Positions 1 through 8,233 of a DNA stretch of 35,451 bases are shown here, one piece after another (the stretch's first letter is position 1; every line of letters starts with the position of its first letter). Position numbers and translations under genes: made by a program. This DNA is from a virus (Duplodnaviria; Caudoviricetes): IMG/VR virus record IMGVR_UViG_3300035006_000009, positions 1 through 35,451 of that record; one strand, written 5' to 3'. Below the pieces are notes generated by a model. That model had not been told where the DNA came from, made no database searches, and saw only the letters and a program-made list of their open reading frames with translations.

Positions 1-399
1 CTACACCATTGAGTTCGCCTCAGTATTCGATCGCTGGCGCACCCATTCCACCGGAAATGGCTCCATTAGCCCCGGCAGCGTCATCGCCTCCGGCTGCCGC
101 CCATCCAGGATCGCCTCGACGATGTCCGGCGCCAGCAGCGTCAGGCGCAGCAGGCGGGAGACATAGGACGAGTTGATCTTCTCTGCCGCCGCCAGCTCGT
201 TGATCGTCGCGTACCGCCCGGTCTCCATCATCCGCCGCCACCGGAACGCCCGGGCTACCGCCTTCACCAACGTGGTGTCCCCAGCCCACGCCCCCCGGTT
301 GGTGGGACTGGCAGGCGCGACCATCAGCTTCCGCCCGCCCCGCGGCTTCCGGACCGCCAGCGGCACCCTCACCGTCAGCATCTGCGCGGCGCCGGTCAT
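1..399 (-). CDS. Small HTH-like accessory protein downstream of the recombinase
   Basis: 132 aa, ATGA overlap with recombinase stop; motif INELAAAEKINSSYVSRLLRLTLLAPDIVEAILDGRQP resembles the C-terminal domain of related recombinases. Confidence 0.8.
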   Translation of the reverse strand: MTGAAQMLTVRVPLAVRKPRGGRKLMVAPASPTNRGAWAGDTTLVKAVARAFRWRRMMETGRYATINELAAAEKINSSYVSRLLRLTLLAPDIVEAILDGRQPEAMTLPGLMEPFPVEWVRQRSNTEANSMV

Positions 400-1748
400 G
401 CTGCTGCCCTTGCCGACTCGGCGCTGGTCGCCGCCAGGTCCCGGGCCAGGCTAGCCAGCCCCTCCAGCTTCAGCCGAACGTCGGCGCCGCTAATGCCGAT
501 GTCCACCCGGTCGACCAGCAGGCGGATGATCCGCGCCTGCTCTGCGGGGAACAGCTCCTCCCACAGCGGGTCCAGCCGCTCCAGCGCCAGGCGCGCCTCG
601 TCCTCCGTCATGTCCGGCGCCGAGGCCCGTGCCGCGCGCCAAGCCCCCAGCACCACCTCCGGCCGGCGCAGCAGCCCCCGAACCTGCGCAATGACCGCGC
701 CCTCGATCTCCGCGGCGGAGATGCGCGCGATGGCCGGGCCGTCCGCGGCGCTGCCCTTCAGCACAGACTGACTGACATAGTAGCGGTACTGCTGACCGCG
801 GCGCCCTCGCGCATGGGTGGGCGACATGGCACGCCCGTCGCTGCCGAAGATCAGCCCACGCAGCAGCGAAGGCGTTTGGCAGCGGGTGCGATTGGCGCGT
901 GTCTTCGGGCTGATCGCCAGCAGGGCGTGCGCCGCATCCCACATGGCCTGTGGCACGATGGCAGCATGCTCGCCCGGGTGCGACTTGCCCTTGTGCATCG
1001 CCTCGCCGAGATAGGTCCGGTTGCTGAGCACCCGATACACGTCGCTCTTGGTGAAGGCGCGGCCGCGCTTCGTGGTTGCGCCTTCGGCCCGGAGCATGGT
1101 GACCAGCTTCGTGCCGGATTCCGTCTCGACGAACCCCTCGAAGATGCGGCGTACCAGCGCGGCCTCGGCGTCGTTCACCAGCAGCTTGCGATCCTTGGCG
1201 TCGTAGCCGAGCGGCACAAAGCCCCCCATCCAGATCCCGCGCGCCCGCGACGCCGCGACCTTGTCGCGGATGCGCTCGCCGATGACCTCGCGCTCGAACT
1301 GCGCAAAGCTGAGCAGGATGTTCAGCGTCAGCCGCCCCATGCTCGTCGTCGTGTTGAACGACTGCGTGACGGAGACAAAGGTCACGCTATTCGCGTCGAA
1401 AACCTCGACCAGCTTGGCAAAGTCCATCAGCGCGCGCGACAGGCGGTCGATCTTGTACACCACCACCACGTCAATCAGCCCGCGCTCGATGTCCGCCAGC
1501 AGGCGCCGCAGCGCCGGCCGTTCCAGCGTTCCGCCAGACACACCGCCATCATCGTAGCGATCGCGGACCAGCACCCAGCCCTCCGACCGCTGGCTGGTGA
1601 TGTAGGCCTCACAAGCCTCGCGCTGGGCGTCGAGCGAGTTGAACTCCATGTCGAGTCCTTCCTCGCTCGACTTGCGCGTGTACACCGCGGCGCGGATCTT
1701 CCTCACTGTGGCCGGCATCGCGGCCTCGGCGGCTGGCTTGCGCTTCAT
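396..1748 (-). CDS. Large serine recombinase (integrase)
   Basis: YTRKSS catalytic serine motif, DDGGVSGGTLERPAL, VVVYKIDRLSR, FAQFEREVIGERI, PLGY start of recombinase domain. Confidence 0.96.
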   Translation of the reverse strand: MKRKPAAEAAMPATVRKIRAAVYTRKSSEEGLDMEFNSLDAQREACEAYITSQRSEGWVLVRDRYDDGGVSGGTLERPALRRLLADIERGLIDVVVVYKIDRLSRALMDFAKLVEVFDANSVTFVSVTQSFNTTTSMGRLTLNILLSFAQFEREVIGERIRDKVAASRARGIWMGGFVPLGYDAKDRKLLVNDAEAALVRRIFEGFVETESGTKLVTMLRAEGATTKRGRAFTKSDVYRVLSNRTYLGEAMHKGKSHPGEHAAIVPQAMWDAAHALLAISPKTRANRTRCQTPSLLRGLIFGSDGRAMSPTHARGRRGQQYRYYVSQSVLKGSAADGPAIARISAAEIEGAVIAQVRGLLRRPEVVLGAWRAARASAPDMTEDEARLALERLDPLWEELFPAEQARIIRLLVDRVDIGISGADVRLKLEGLASLARDLAATSAESARAAA

Positions 1749-2251
1749 GCGGTGCCCCTCCGGTTCTTCAGGCCGAAGAACAGCCAGCCATTCCAGCGGG
1801 TGCCAGTAATGGCGCGGGCGATGGAGGAGAGCGACTGATAGGGGCGCCCCTGATACTCGTAGCCGTCGTGCAGCACGGTGACGCTGTGCTCGACCCCCTG
1901 GTACTCGCGGATCAGCCGTGTCCCGGTGATCGGTTTGTCGTCGCCGCGGATGCGCCGGAGGACCGGATTGCCGCCGTCGAGTTGTTCACCCAAGGCCTCG
2001 AGGCGCTGGATCGTCTCGGCTTTCAGGCCGCCATAGGCCAGTTCCTGGATCCGGTAGGCCAGCCGGCTCTCCAGGAAGCGCCGGTTGTAAGGCGGCGGCT
2101 CTGCGGCGAAGAGCTCCCGCCACTGCTGCTTCAGGTCCGGCGTGCCGGTGGTCTTCAGGGCCGCCAGCCGGCCCAGCACGTCGGCCGGCAGGATGGCGGC
2201 GATGGTCGGCGGCGGCGGGGTGGCGGCTTTGGATTTGGTGGCGCGTGTCAT
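1745..2251 (-). CDS. DUF2924-like protein
   Basis: Start reassigned to ATG 2251 (ATGA overlap with upstream ORF, GGAG upstream); LAYRIQELAYGGL, GTRLIREYQG, SLSSIARAITGTRWNGWLFFGL motifs. Confidence 0.88.
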   Translation of the reverse strand: MTRATKSKAATPPPPTIAAILPADVLGRLAALKTTGTPDLKQQWRELFAAEPPPYNRRFLESRLAYRIQELAYGGLKAETIQRLEALGEQLDGGNPVLRRIRGDDKPITGTRLIREYQGVEHSVTVLHDGYEYQGRPYQSLSSIARAITGTRWNGWLFFGLKNRRGTA

Positions 2252-2451
2252 GCGGGTCTCCGGTTGGTCCGGTTCGCATGCAGGCGCTGGGGTGCCAGGA
2301 AGTGTAGGTCCGGCTCTCCGCGGTCCGCGGCCTCGCGCGCAGCTTCCTCGGCAGCGCGGCTGCGCAGCCGCACCAGGCCCGCGGCGAGGATGGTGCACAC
2401 CTCACGCAGGTGCGGCGGGAGGTGGCCATTGATCGGGTTCGGCAGGGGCAT
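2248..2451 (-). CDS. Small hypothetical protein
   Basis: 67 aa, stop overlaps next start; EVCTILAAGLVRLR motif recalled from ORFs upstream of DUF2924 genes. Confidence 0.65.
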   Translation of the reverse strand: MPLPNPINGHLPPHLREVCTILAAGLVRLRSRAAEEAAREAADRGEPDLHFLAPQRLHANRTNRRPA

Positions 2452-2483
2452 CGAGATCCAGCACGCATTGTCCTGCCTAATCT

Positions 2484-3248
2484 CTACCGCCTCGCCACCC
2501 GCACCTTCTCAGCCGGCCGGCTTGGCGCGGCGCCATGCACGGCCGTCAGTGCCGACGGTCGTCCGACATTCGGCTTCACGGTCGGCCAAATCCGGCTCAG
2601 ACGCGCCTTGATCGAGCTGTCGCAGGGCACATTGTCGGGTCCCAGCTGCGCGGCGAACCAATCCTGGATCATCCGTAGCCATTCAGCCTGCGTCGCCGGT
2701 GGGCCCGGGTCGTAGATGGTCTTCGCGATCTCGCACCAGCAGCCTTCCCAATCGAATTTGGGCGGAGCACCGCGTGACTTCTCCCGCCCGTTCGCGCCTG
2801 CCACGGCAGCAGTCGCCGAATGGATACCGCCGATCCCCTGCGCCTCCTGGAAGCGCTCCATCTCGGCTCGGCGCACCACCAGCGACTGGCGGTCGACCAG
2901 AATCGTGGCGCGCTCATCATCCTGGTCGGGGAGATCAAGCACCTCCCCCTGCACACCACAGAATCGCCCGATGGCCTGCGAGCCGTTCAGCAACACGGAC
3001 CAGGCATCCACGCTGCGGATGTCCATCGTCCCGACGATCCAGCGCGTCCCGGTCGGAATGCTGAACGGTCGCCCGTCGGCATCCTCCTCGACTTCACTCG
3101 TTTCGACACGCAGCCCTCCCACCGCGATCGACAGGGTCAATTCGCTTTCCAGGGCATAGGCGGCGATGTCGGCTTCTGAGAGCGACCAGTACTCACAGAG
3201 TTCAACCAGGCCGTAGAACGGCTTGCGGGGGAGAGGTTTGGCCATCAC
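2484..3248 (-). CDS. Hypothetical protein with possible N-terminal MerR/excisionase-like HTH
   Basis: 254 aa, overlaps XRE stop (start GTG 3248 or ATG 3245); KPFYGLVELCEYWSLSEADI looks like a wHTH. Confidence 0.75.
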   Translation of the reverse strand: MMAKPLPRKPFYGLVELCEYWSLSEADIAAYALESELTLSIAVGGLRVETSEVEEDADGRPFSIPTGTRWIVGTMDIRSVDAWSVLLNGSQAIGRFCGVQGEVLDLPDQDDERATILVDRQSLVVRRAEMERFQEAQGIGGIHSATAAVAGANGREKSRGAPPKFDWEGCWCEIAKTIYDPGPPATQAEWLRMIQDWFAAQLGPDNVPCDSSIKARLSRIWPTVKPNVGRPSALTAVHGAAPSRPAEKVRVARR

Positions 3249-3532
3249 CTCTCCGTCCGGTCGATCGCGCGCAGCCGGCGATAGGCACGCACCACCTTCG
3301 CCATATCGGTGCGCATATCAGGTGGCAGGCGCTGCGCCTCGACGAACACGTCATCCATACACAAGCCGAGGATCGCGGCAGCGCGCTCGATGAGCTGATC
3401 GCGCGGCGGGCTCTCCATGTCCCGTTCGATCCGCGACCAATAGGCCGCTGAAATCCCCAGCCGATCCGCCATGTCGGTCATGCCGATCCCGAGCGCAGTC
3501 CGGCGCTCCCGGATGATCCTGCCAAAGCTCAC
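3245..3532 (-). CDS. XRE-family HTH transcriptional regulator
   Basis: FGRIIRERRTALGIGMTDMADRLGISAAYWSRIERD. Confidence 0.92.
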   Translation of the reverse strand: MSFGRIIRERRTALGIGMTDMADRLGISAAYWSRIERDMESPPRDQLIERAAAILGLCMDDVFVEAQRLPPDMRTDMAKVVRAYRRLRAIDRTER

Positions 3533-4260
3533 AGCTTTGCTCCTTCAATCAAGCCGTAGCGTTGCAGTCGCACGGCGATGAACCTGTCCGAGACGCCGAA
3601 ATCGCCGGCCAGCGCCGCCACGACCCCCGCCAGGGCTTCCTCGGGAGTGTCGCGGGCGAGGACTCGGAATCCGGGGCGTCCCCGATGCGGCGCATGCACC
3701 ATCCGCAGCTTCTCGGTCCGCGCATGCGCGACCATGCGAAGATGCAGCGGCGCAGGCGGCACCAGCAGCGCCCCCATGAACTCATTGGCGCGTCGCTCGG
3801 ACAGCAAGGTGGCCCGGTCGAGGCAGCCGGGGTCGGCCGTCACCGACCGATAGCGCCGTGCGGGCTGCTCCACGGCGGATGGCACGTCGAACACGATATG
3901 GCCGATCTCGTGTGCTGCCGTGCTGAGCGCCAATTCCGGCCGGTTGGCCATCATGCCCGCATTGACCGACACCAACGCCAGCCCGGGGGCTGCGGGATCG
4001 GTCTCGCAGATACCCAGCACCGCACGGCCGTCCTCATCATGCACCGCATGGGCGAAGTCCCACTCGGCAGTGATCTGCCGGCTGTTGACCTCGAGCACGC
4101 TCGCAGTGGCGGCCAGCGCTCCTGCGTCCAACGCCCAGGCGCTGCCCTTCCGCGCGACGACGCGGCGCAGTTGGGCGGCGACAGCCCAGACGGCCTCGGC
4201 CGTGAGCCGATGCGGGACGCCGGTCTGCGGGTGGTGGGCATAGGTCAGGGACACCGGCAT
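3529..4260 (-). CDS. ImmA/IrrE-family zinc metallopeptidase
   Basis: TAAHEIGH (HExxH), SERRANEFMGALLVP, terminal FGVS..FIAVRLQRYG HTH; coupled to XRE gene. Confidence 0.9.
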   Translation of the reverse strand: MPVSLTYAHHPQTGVPHRLTAEAVWAVAAQLRRVVARKGSAWALDAGALAATASVLEVNSRQITAEWDFAHAVHDEDGRAVLGICETDPAAPGLALVSVNAGMMANRPELALSTAAHEIGHIVFDVPSAVEQPARRYRSVTADPGCLDRATLLSERRANEFMGALLVPPAPLHLRMVAHARTEKLRMVHAPHRGRPGFRVLARDTPEEALAGVVAALAGDFGVSDRFIAVRLQRYGLIEGAKL

Positions 4261-4302
4261 TGCGGCAAGCCTCGGTTGATGACGTAAGGGGTTAAGGCGC
4301 GT

Positions 4303-4317
4303 GTTCCTTTTATGTTC
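4303..4317. promoter_or_regulatory. Candidate alphaproteobacterial LexA (SOS) box
   Basis: GTTCcttttatGTTC = GTTC-N7-GTTC, about 43 bp upstream of the ImmA/IrrE start in the divergent promoter region. Confidence 0.7.
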
Positions 4318-4553
4318 TCCTCCCGTGCTGAGTCCAGCATCGCGAACAAGTGTCGGTCATTAAATCTTCGCACCGAAATCCCGCGCGGCGCTCAGTCGTG
4401 GCGTAGTCCTCAGAAACCCCTGGTTTTCCTGCCGGCCAAGAATGTGCCGGGACAATCCTGGCCGGCATTTATCGGCTTTGTTGGTCAATCGGCCGCAGCG
4501 CCTCGTGGTCCGGTCCGCTCATCGACGCAGCCAGCGCGATGCCGGAGCCAGAC

Positions 4554-5138
4554 ATGATCACACAACGCACTTCGAACCCCGTCGACCGACCCGCCTGGGA
4601 CCAACCGCAGTTGCGCCAGGCCCTCTCCACCGCCCAGCACCGGGCCGCCCGGGGGGCGCGCCGGCTGCAACTCTCCGCCCCCGACCGGGAGGACCTGCGC
4701 CAGGACATCCTGCTCGCCATGCTGCAACGCAGCCGGCACTTCGACTCGGAGCGCGGCGCCTGGTCGACCTTTGTCGGGTTCGTCGCCCGGCATGTCGTCG
4801 CGGACCACGCGCGCATTCAGCGGGATCAGCCGCGGCCGGTGTTCCTCCCGCTCGAGGTGGATGCGTTCCCTAACGGCTGTTCGGTGACGCAGCAGGATCA
4901 CGTCGATCCGTGCCTGGAGCTCGACCTCCAGCGTGTGGCCCAGGAACTGCCGACCGCGCCGCAATCCATCCTGCGGCTGCTGGCCGCCGAAGGCGATGTG
5001 CCGAGCGCGCAGCGGGCCAGCGCCCAGTCCCGCCCGACCTTCTACCGCTCGGTCGCCGATCTCCGCTGCTGGCTGCGCGCGACGGGCCTCCGCCCGCAGC
5101 GCGGCCGCGCACGCGCCCAGGCGCACAGCGCCGGCTGA
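4554..5138 (+). CDS. Sigma-70/ECF-like factor
   Basis: Region-2-like DREDLRQDILLAMLQRSRHFDSERGAWSTF; degenerate region 4 (LDLQRVAQELP...SRPTFYR); GGAG before ATG 4554. Confidence 0.75.
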   Translation: MITQRTSNPVDRPAWDQPQLRQALSTAQHRAARGARRLQLSAPDREDLRQDILLAMLQRSRHFDSERGAWSTFVGFVARHVVADHARIQRDQPRPVFLPLEVDAFPNGCSVTQQDHVDPCLELDLQRVAQELPTAPQSILRLLAAEGDVPSAQRASAQSRPTFYRSVADLRCWLRATGLRPQRGRARAQAHSAG

Positions 5139-5164
5139 GAAAAACTCGCCCACCGATCCGTAGA

Positions 5165-5179
5165 GAACAAGAGCCGAAC
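5165..5179. promoter_or_regulatory. Second candidate LexA box
   Basis: GAACaagagccGAAC = GAAC-N7-GAAC in the gap before the replication operon. Confidence 0.5.
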
Positions 5180-5204
5180 CATGCGTTCCAGGGAGAGCCG
5201 ACCG

Positions 5205-5588
5205 ATGCACCTCGTGCACCTCACCACCCAATTGCTGCCACCCGCCCAGGTGTCGAAGGCCAGCGCGCCGACGAACGTCGTCGTGAGCGAGAATGATCTC
5301 TGCGATCGACTTGCCGATGCGATGCCCGGCGACACCATCACCTACCACGTCGGCATGCTGGCCCGGGATCGGGCGCCGCAGACGCAAATACTCAGCCCGG
5401 ATCGCTGCCGCGATCTCAGCGCTGTCGCCGACCGTGTTCTGCAACTGGCCGAGGCCGGCTGGGTGCATCTGGTGCAGCGCCGGCTTGGCGAGGAACGCTT
5501 TGCCTACCTGCTGATCGTGCGACCCAGGCCGCGCGCCCTTCGTGGCGCGGCCATGCCGCTCCCCGCTGCACTCAAGCAGGCGGCGTGA
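5205..5588 (+). CDS. Conserved phage hypothetical protein
   Basis: PGDTITYHVGMLARDR...GWVHLVQRR motif; GGAG upstream of ATG 5205. Confidence 0.75.
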   Translation: MHLVHLTTQLLPPAQVSKASAPTNVVVSENDLCDRLADAMPGDTITYHVGMLARDRAPQTQILSPDRCRDLSAVADRVLQLAEAGWVHLVQRRLGEERFAYLLIVRPRPRALRGAAMPLPAALKQAA

Positions 5589-5596
5589 GGCCGGCC

Positions 5597-6022
5597 ATGG
5601 GGAAGCCATCCCGCGACAAAGGCCTGCGCCGTGAGCGCGCCATCGTCGAAACCCACCTGAAGTGCGGCATCCACGCCGAGCGGGTGCCGCTGTCCGGCGC
5701 CGTCCGGTACCGCGGCAACGGCGCCGACGTCGACCTGTACGTCCGCGGCCCGGAGCCGGTGAAGGCAGAGGTCAAGGCCCGCGCCGAGGGCGATGGCTTC
5801 AAGACGCTGGAGCGCTGGCTCGGTGGCAACGACGCCCTGTTTCTCTGGCGCGACCGCGCAGCGCCCTTCGTGGTGCTGCCCCTGCACGTCTGGCTGGAGA
5901 TCGTCGGCCGCAGCGCACGGTGCGCGGACCCCGATTCCGATCGCAGTCGTGCTCGTCGCGCGCGCCAAGCCGAGGAAGGCGCGTTGCCGTCCGCCGATGC
6001 CGTCGCGGAGCCCGCGCAATGA
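5597..6022 (+). CDS. PD-(D/E)XK nuclease, Holliday-junction-resolvase-like
   Basis: SRDKGLRRER, ERVPLSGA, DVD...AEVKAR motifs of archaeal-type Hjc-like phage nucleases. Confidence 0.82.
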   Translation: MGKPSRDKGLRRERAIVETHLKCGIHAERVPLSGAVRYRGNGADVDLYVRGPEPVKAEVKARAEGDGFKTLERWLGGNDALFLWRDRAAPFVVLPLHVWLEIVGRSARCADPDSDRSRARRARQAEEGALPSADAVAEPAQ

Positions 6023-6147
6023 GTCCGCGCACCGCGCACTACCAGCGCGCCATTGGCGAAGCCCTCCGCGATCTCGCCAGCGGTGCGCTGCTCGCCGGCG
6101 GCTTCATCGCGCTCCTCTGGCTCGCCGAACTGGCGACCGTCCGATGA
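6019..6147 (+). CDS. Small membrane protein (42 aa)
   Basis: ATGA overlap; hydrophobic GALLAGGFIALLWLAEL. Confidence 0.55.
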   Translation: MSPRTAHYQRAIGEALRDLASGALLAGGFIALLWLAELATVR

Positions 6148-6176
6148 GCACCATCCCCTCGACCAGAAGGACCACC

Positions 6177-6653
6177 ATGAACAACCGAACCACTCTGGCG
6201 CAGCTGCGCGAGATGGACGGCGAGCAGGCCGCACGCCTGCCCGTCGATCATCTGGCGCTGCTGCTGGAAGAGGTCGGGGCGCTGAAGGCCGACGCCAAGC
6301 ACCTCGCCGACCTGCTGCATGACGCGTTGCATGCCCGCTACGGCGCCCCCGCCGCCGCGGCCCGTCGCGCCGAGGGCAAGGACACCGGCCGTGTCCGCAT
6401 CGCGGATGACGCCTTCGAGGTCGTCGCCGACCTCCCGAAGAAAGCAGCGTGGGACCAGCCGAAGCTGGCCGCGGCGGTCGCCACCATCGTGGCGTGGGGC
6501 GAGGACCCCGCGGACTACGTCACCACCGAGATCCGCGTGCCGGAAAGCCGCTTCACGGCCTGGCCGCCGCGCATCCGCGCGGTCTTCGAGCCGGCGCGCA
6601 CCGTCGCCACCGGCCGCCCCTCCTACACCCTCGAACAGAAGGACGCCGCGTGA
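6177..6653 (+). CDS. Phage hypothetical protein of the recombination module
   Basis: AGGA before ATG 6177 (alternative start 6144); GKDTGRV, DLPKKAAWDQ, VPESRFTAWP motifs. Confidence 0.8.
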   Translation: MNNRTTLAQLREMDGEQAARLPVDHLALLLEEVGALKADAKHLADLLHDALHARYGAPAAAARRAEGKDTGRVRIADDAFEVVADLPKKAAWDQPKLAAAVATIVAWGEDPADYVTTEIRVPESRFTAWPPRIRAVFEPARTVATGRPSYTLEQKDAA

Positions 6654-6841
6654 TGGCACATGAGCTCCGCATCCAGGTCGTCATCCCGCTGCAGGGCGAT
6701 GCTGTCGCCCGCGCTAAGGACGTCGCCGCCTTCGAGCCGACGCTCGACGGCTTCACCGAAGTCGTCGCGCGCGCCGGCGGCGACATCAAGGTCGACGTCA
6801 TCAAGGCCAAGCCGCGCGCCGCGAAGCAGGAGGCGCACTGA
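6653..6841 (+). CDS. Small hypothetical protein (62 aa)
   Basis: TGATG overlaps at both ends; MAHELRIQVVIPLQGD. Confidence 0.7.
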   Translation: MAHELRIQVVIPLQGDAVARAKDVAAFEPTLDGFTEVVARAGGDIKVDVIKAKPRAAKQEAH

Positions 6842-7632
6842 TGGCGATCTCCCTCGCATCCCTGCGCAGCAGCACCAGCCTCTCGCCGCCGCGGCTGCTC
6901 CTCTACGGCGTCGCCGGAGTCGGCAAGACCGAGTTCGCCGCCGCCTCGCCTCGGCCCGTCATCCTGCAGACCGAGGATGGTCTCGGCCGGATCGAGGCGA
7001 CGACCTTCGGGCTGCTGCGCAGCTTTGACGAAATCATGGAGGCCTTGGGCGCGCTTTACACCGAACCGCACGACTTCGAGACCCTGGTGGTGGACAGCCT
7101 CGATTGGCTGGAGCCGCTGGTGTGGCAGCACACGGCGCGAACCCACAACCAGCCGGATATCGAGTCCTTCGGCTACGGCAAGGGCTATCTCGCCGCGCTG
7201 GATACCTGGCGCAGCTTTCTCGACGGCGTGAATGCGCTGCGCGAAGAGCGCGGCATGGGCGTGATCCTGATCGCGCATGCCGAGATCAAGCGCTTCGACA
7301 GCCCGGAGACGGAACCCTACGACCGGTATCAGCCCAAGCTGCACCGCAGCGCCTCGGCGCTGGTGCAGGAGCATGTCGATGCTGTGCTGTTCGCGAACTA
7401 CCGCGTCAGCACGCTGAAGTCGGACGTCGGCTTCAACAAGAAGGTGGTCCGCGGCGTAAGCGGCGGCGATCGCCTGCTGCACACCGCCGAGCGCCCCGCC
7501 TTCCTCGCGAAGAACCGCTTCGGGCTGGCCGAGACGCTGCCGCTGTCCTGGCCCGAGCTCGCCGCCGGCATCCCCTTCTACGCGACGCAGCCCAGCGCCG
7601 CCCCCGCCTCCACCACCGAAGCCCGGAGCTGA
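6841..7632 (+). CDS. AAA_24/Sak4-like ATPase (phage recombination protein)
   Basis: Walker A GVAGVGKT, Walker B LVVDSLD, YGKGY, LAKNR. Confidence 0.9.
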   Translation: MAISLASLRSSTSLSPPRLLLYGVAGVGKTEFAAASPRPVILQTEDGLGRIEATTFGLLRSFDEIMEALGALYTEPHDFETLVVDSLDWLEPLVWQHTARTHNQPDIESFGYGKGYLAALDTWRSFLDGVNALREERGMGVILIAHAEIKRFDSPETEPYDRYQPKLHRSASALVQEHVDAVLFANYRVSTLKSDVGFNKKVVRGVSGGDRLLHTAERPAFLAKNRFGLAETLPLSWPELAAGIPFYATQPSAAPASTTEARS

Positions 7633-7635
7633 CCC

Positions 7636-8175
7636 ATGGCATCCCTCAATGGAACCTTTGACGCGACCGAGGTCGCCCCCGCCGTCCCGCTCGAGGTGCT
7701 GCCGCCCGGCAAGTACCTCGCGCATCTGATCGAGAGCGAGATGATGCCGACCAAGGCGGGCGACGGGCAGCTGCTCAAGCTGGTGTTCGAGGTGCTGGAA
7801 GGCCCCTCCGCACGCCGGAAGATCTTCGACCAGCTGAACCTGGTGAACCGTAACGAGCAGACGGTCGAGATCGCGCAGCGCACGCTGTCGGCCATCTGCC
7901 ACTCGGTGGGCCAGGTGCATGTCAGCGACAGCGAGCAGCTGCACTTCAAGCCGCTGATCGTGACGCTGAAGGTCGAGCCGGCCGGTCCCGACAAATACGG
8001 CGTGCACCGGGAGGCGCGGAACAAGGTGGCCGGGTACTCGGCGGCCAACGCCGGCGCGGCCACCGGCACCGCCCCGCGCCCTCCCACCCCGGGGCCCCGT
8101 CCGGCAGCCGCGGCACCTCCGCCGGCCGCCCGCACCGGTGCCGCGGCGACCCCGCCCTGGCGCCGCAATGCCTGA
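7636..8175 (+). CDS. DUF669-like ssDNA-binding protein
   Basis: LPPGKY, LKLVFEVLEG, Pro/Ala-rich tail ending PPWRR; follows Sak4-like gene. Confidence 0.85.
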   Translation: MASLNGTFDATEVAPAVPLEVLPPGKYLAHLIESEMMPTKAGDGQLLKLVFEVLEGPSARRKIFDQLNLVNRNEQTVEIAQRTLSAICHSVGQVHVSDSEQLHFKPLIVTLKVEPAGPDKYGVHREARNKVAGYSAANAGAATGTAPRPPTPGPRPAAAAPPPAARTGAAATPPWRRNA

Positions 8176-8181
8176 TCACCT

Positions 8182-8206
8182 GCCGGCAGGCCTCGCGCCT
8201 GCCGGC
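8182..8206 (+). other. 10-bp GC hairpin after SSB gene (mRNA stabiliser or weak terminator)
   Basis: GCCGGCAGGC-ctcgc-GCCTGCCGGC; no U-tract. Confidence 0.5.
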
Positions 8207-8233
8207 CTCTCTCCCTCGAACCAGGATCAGGTC

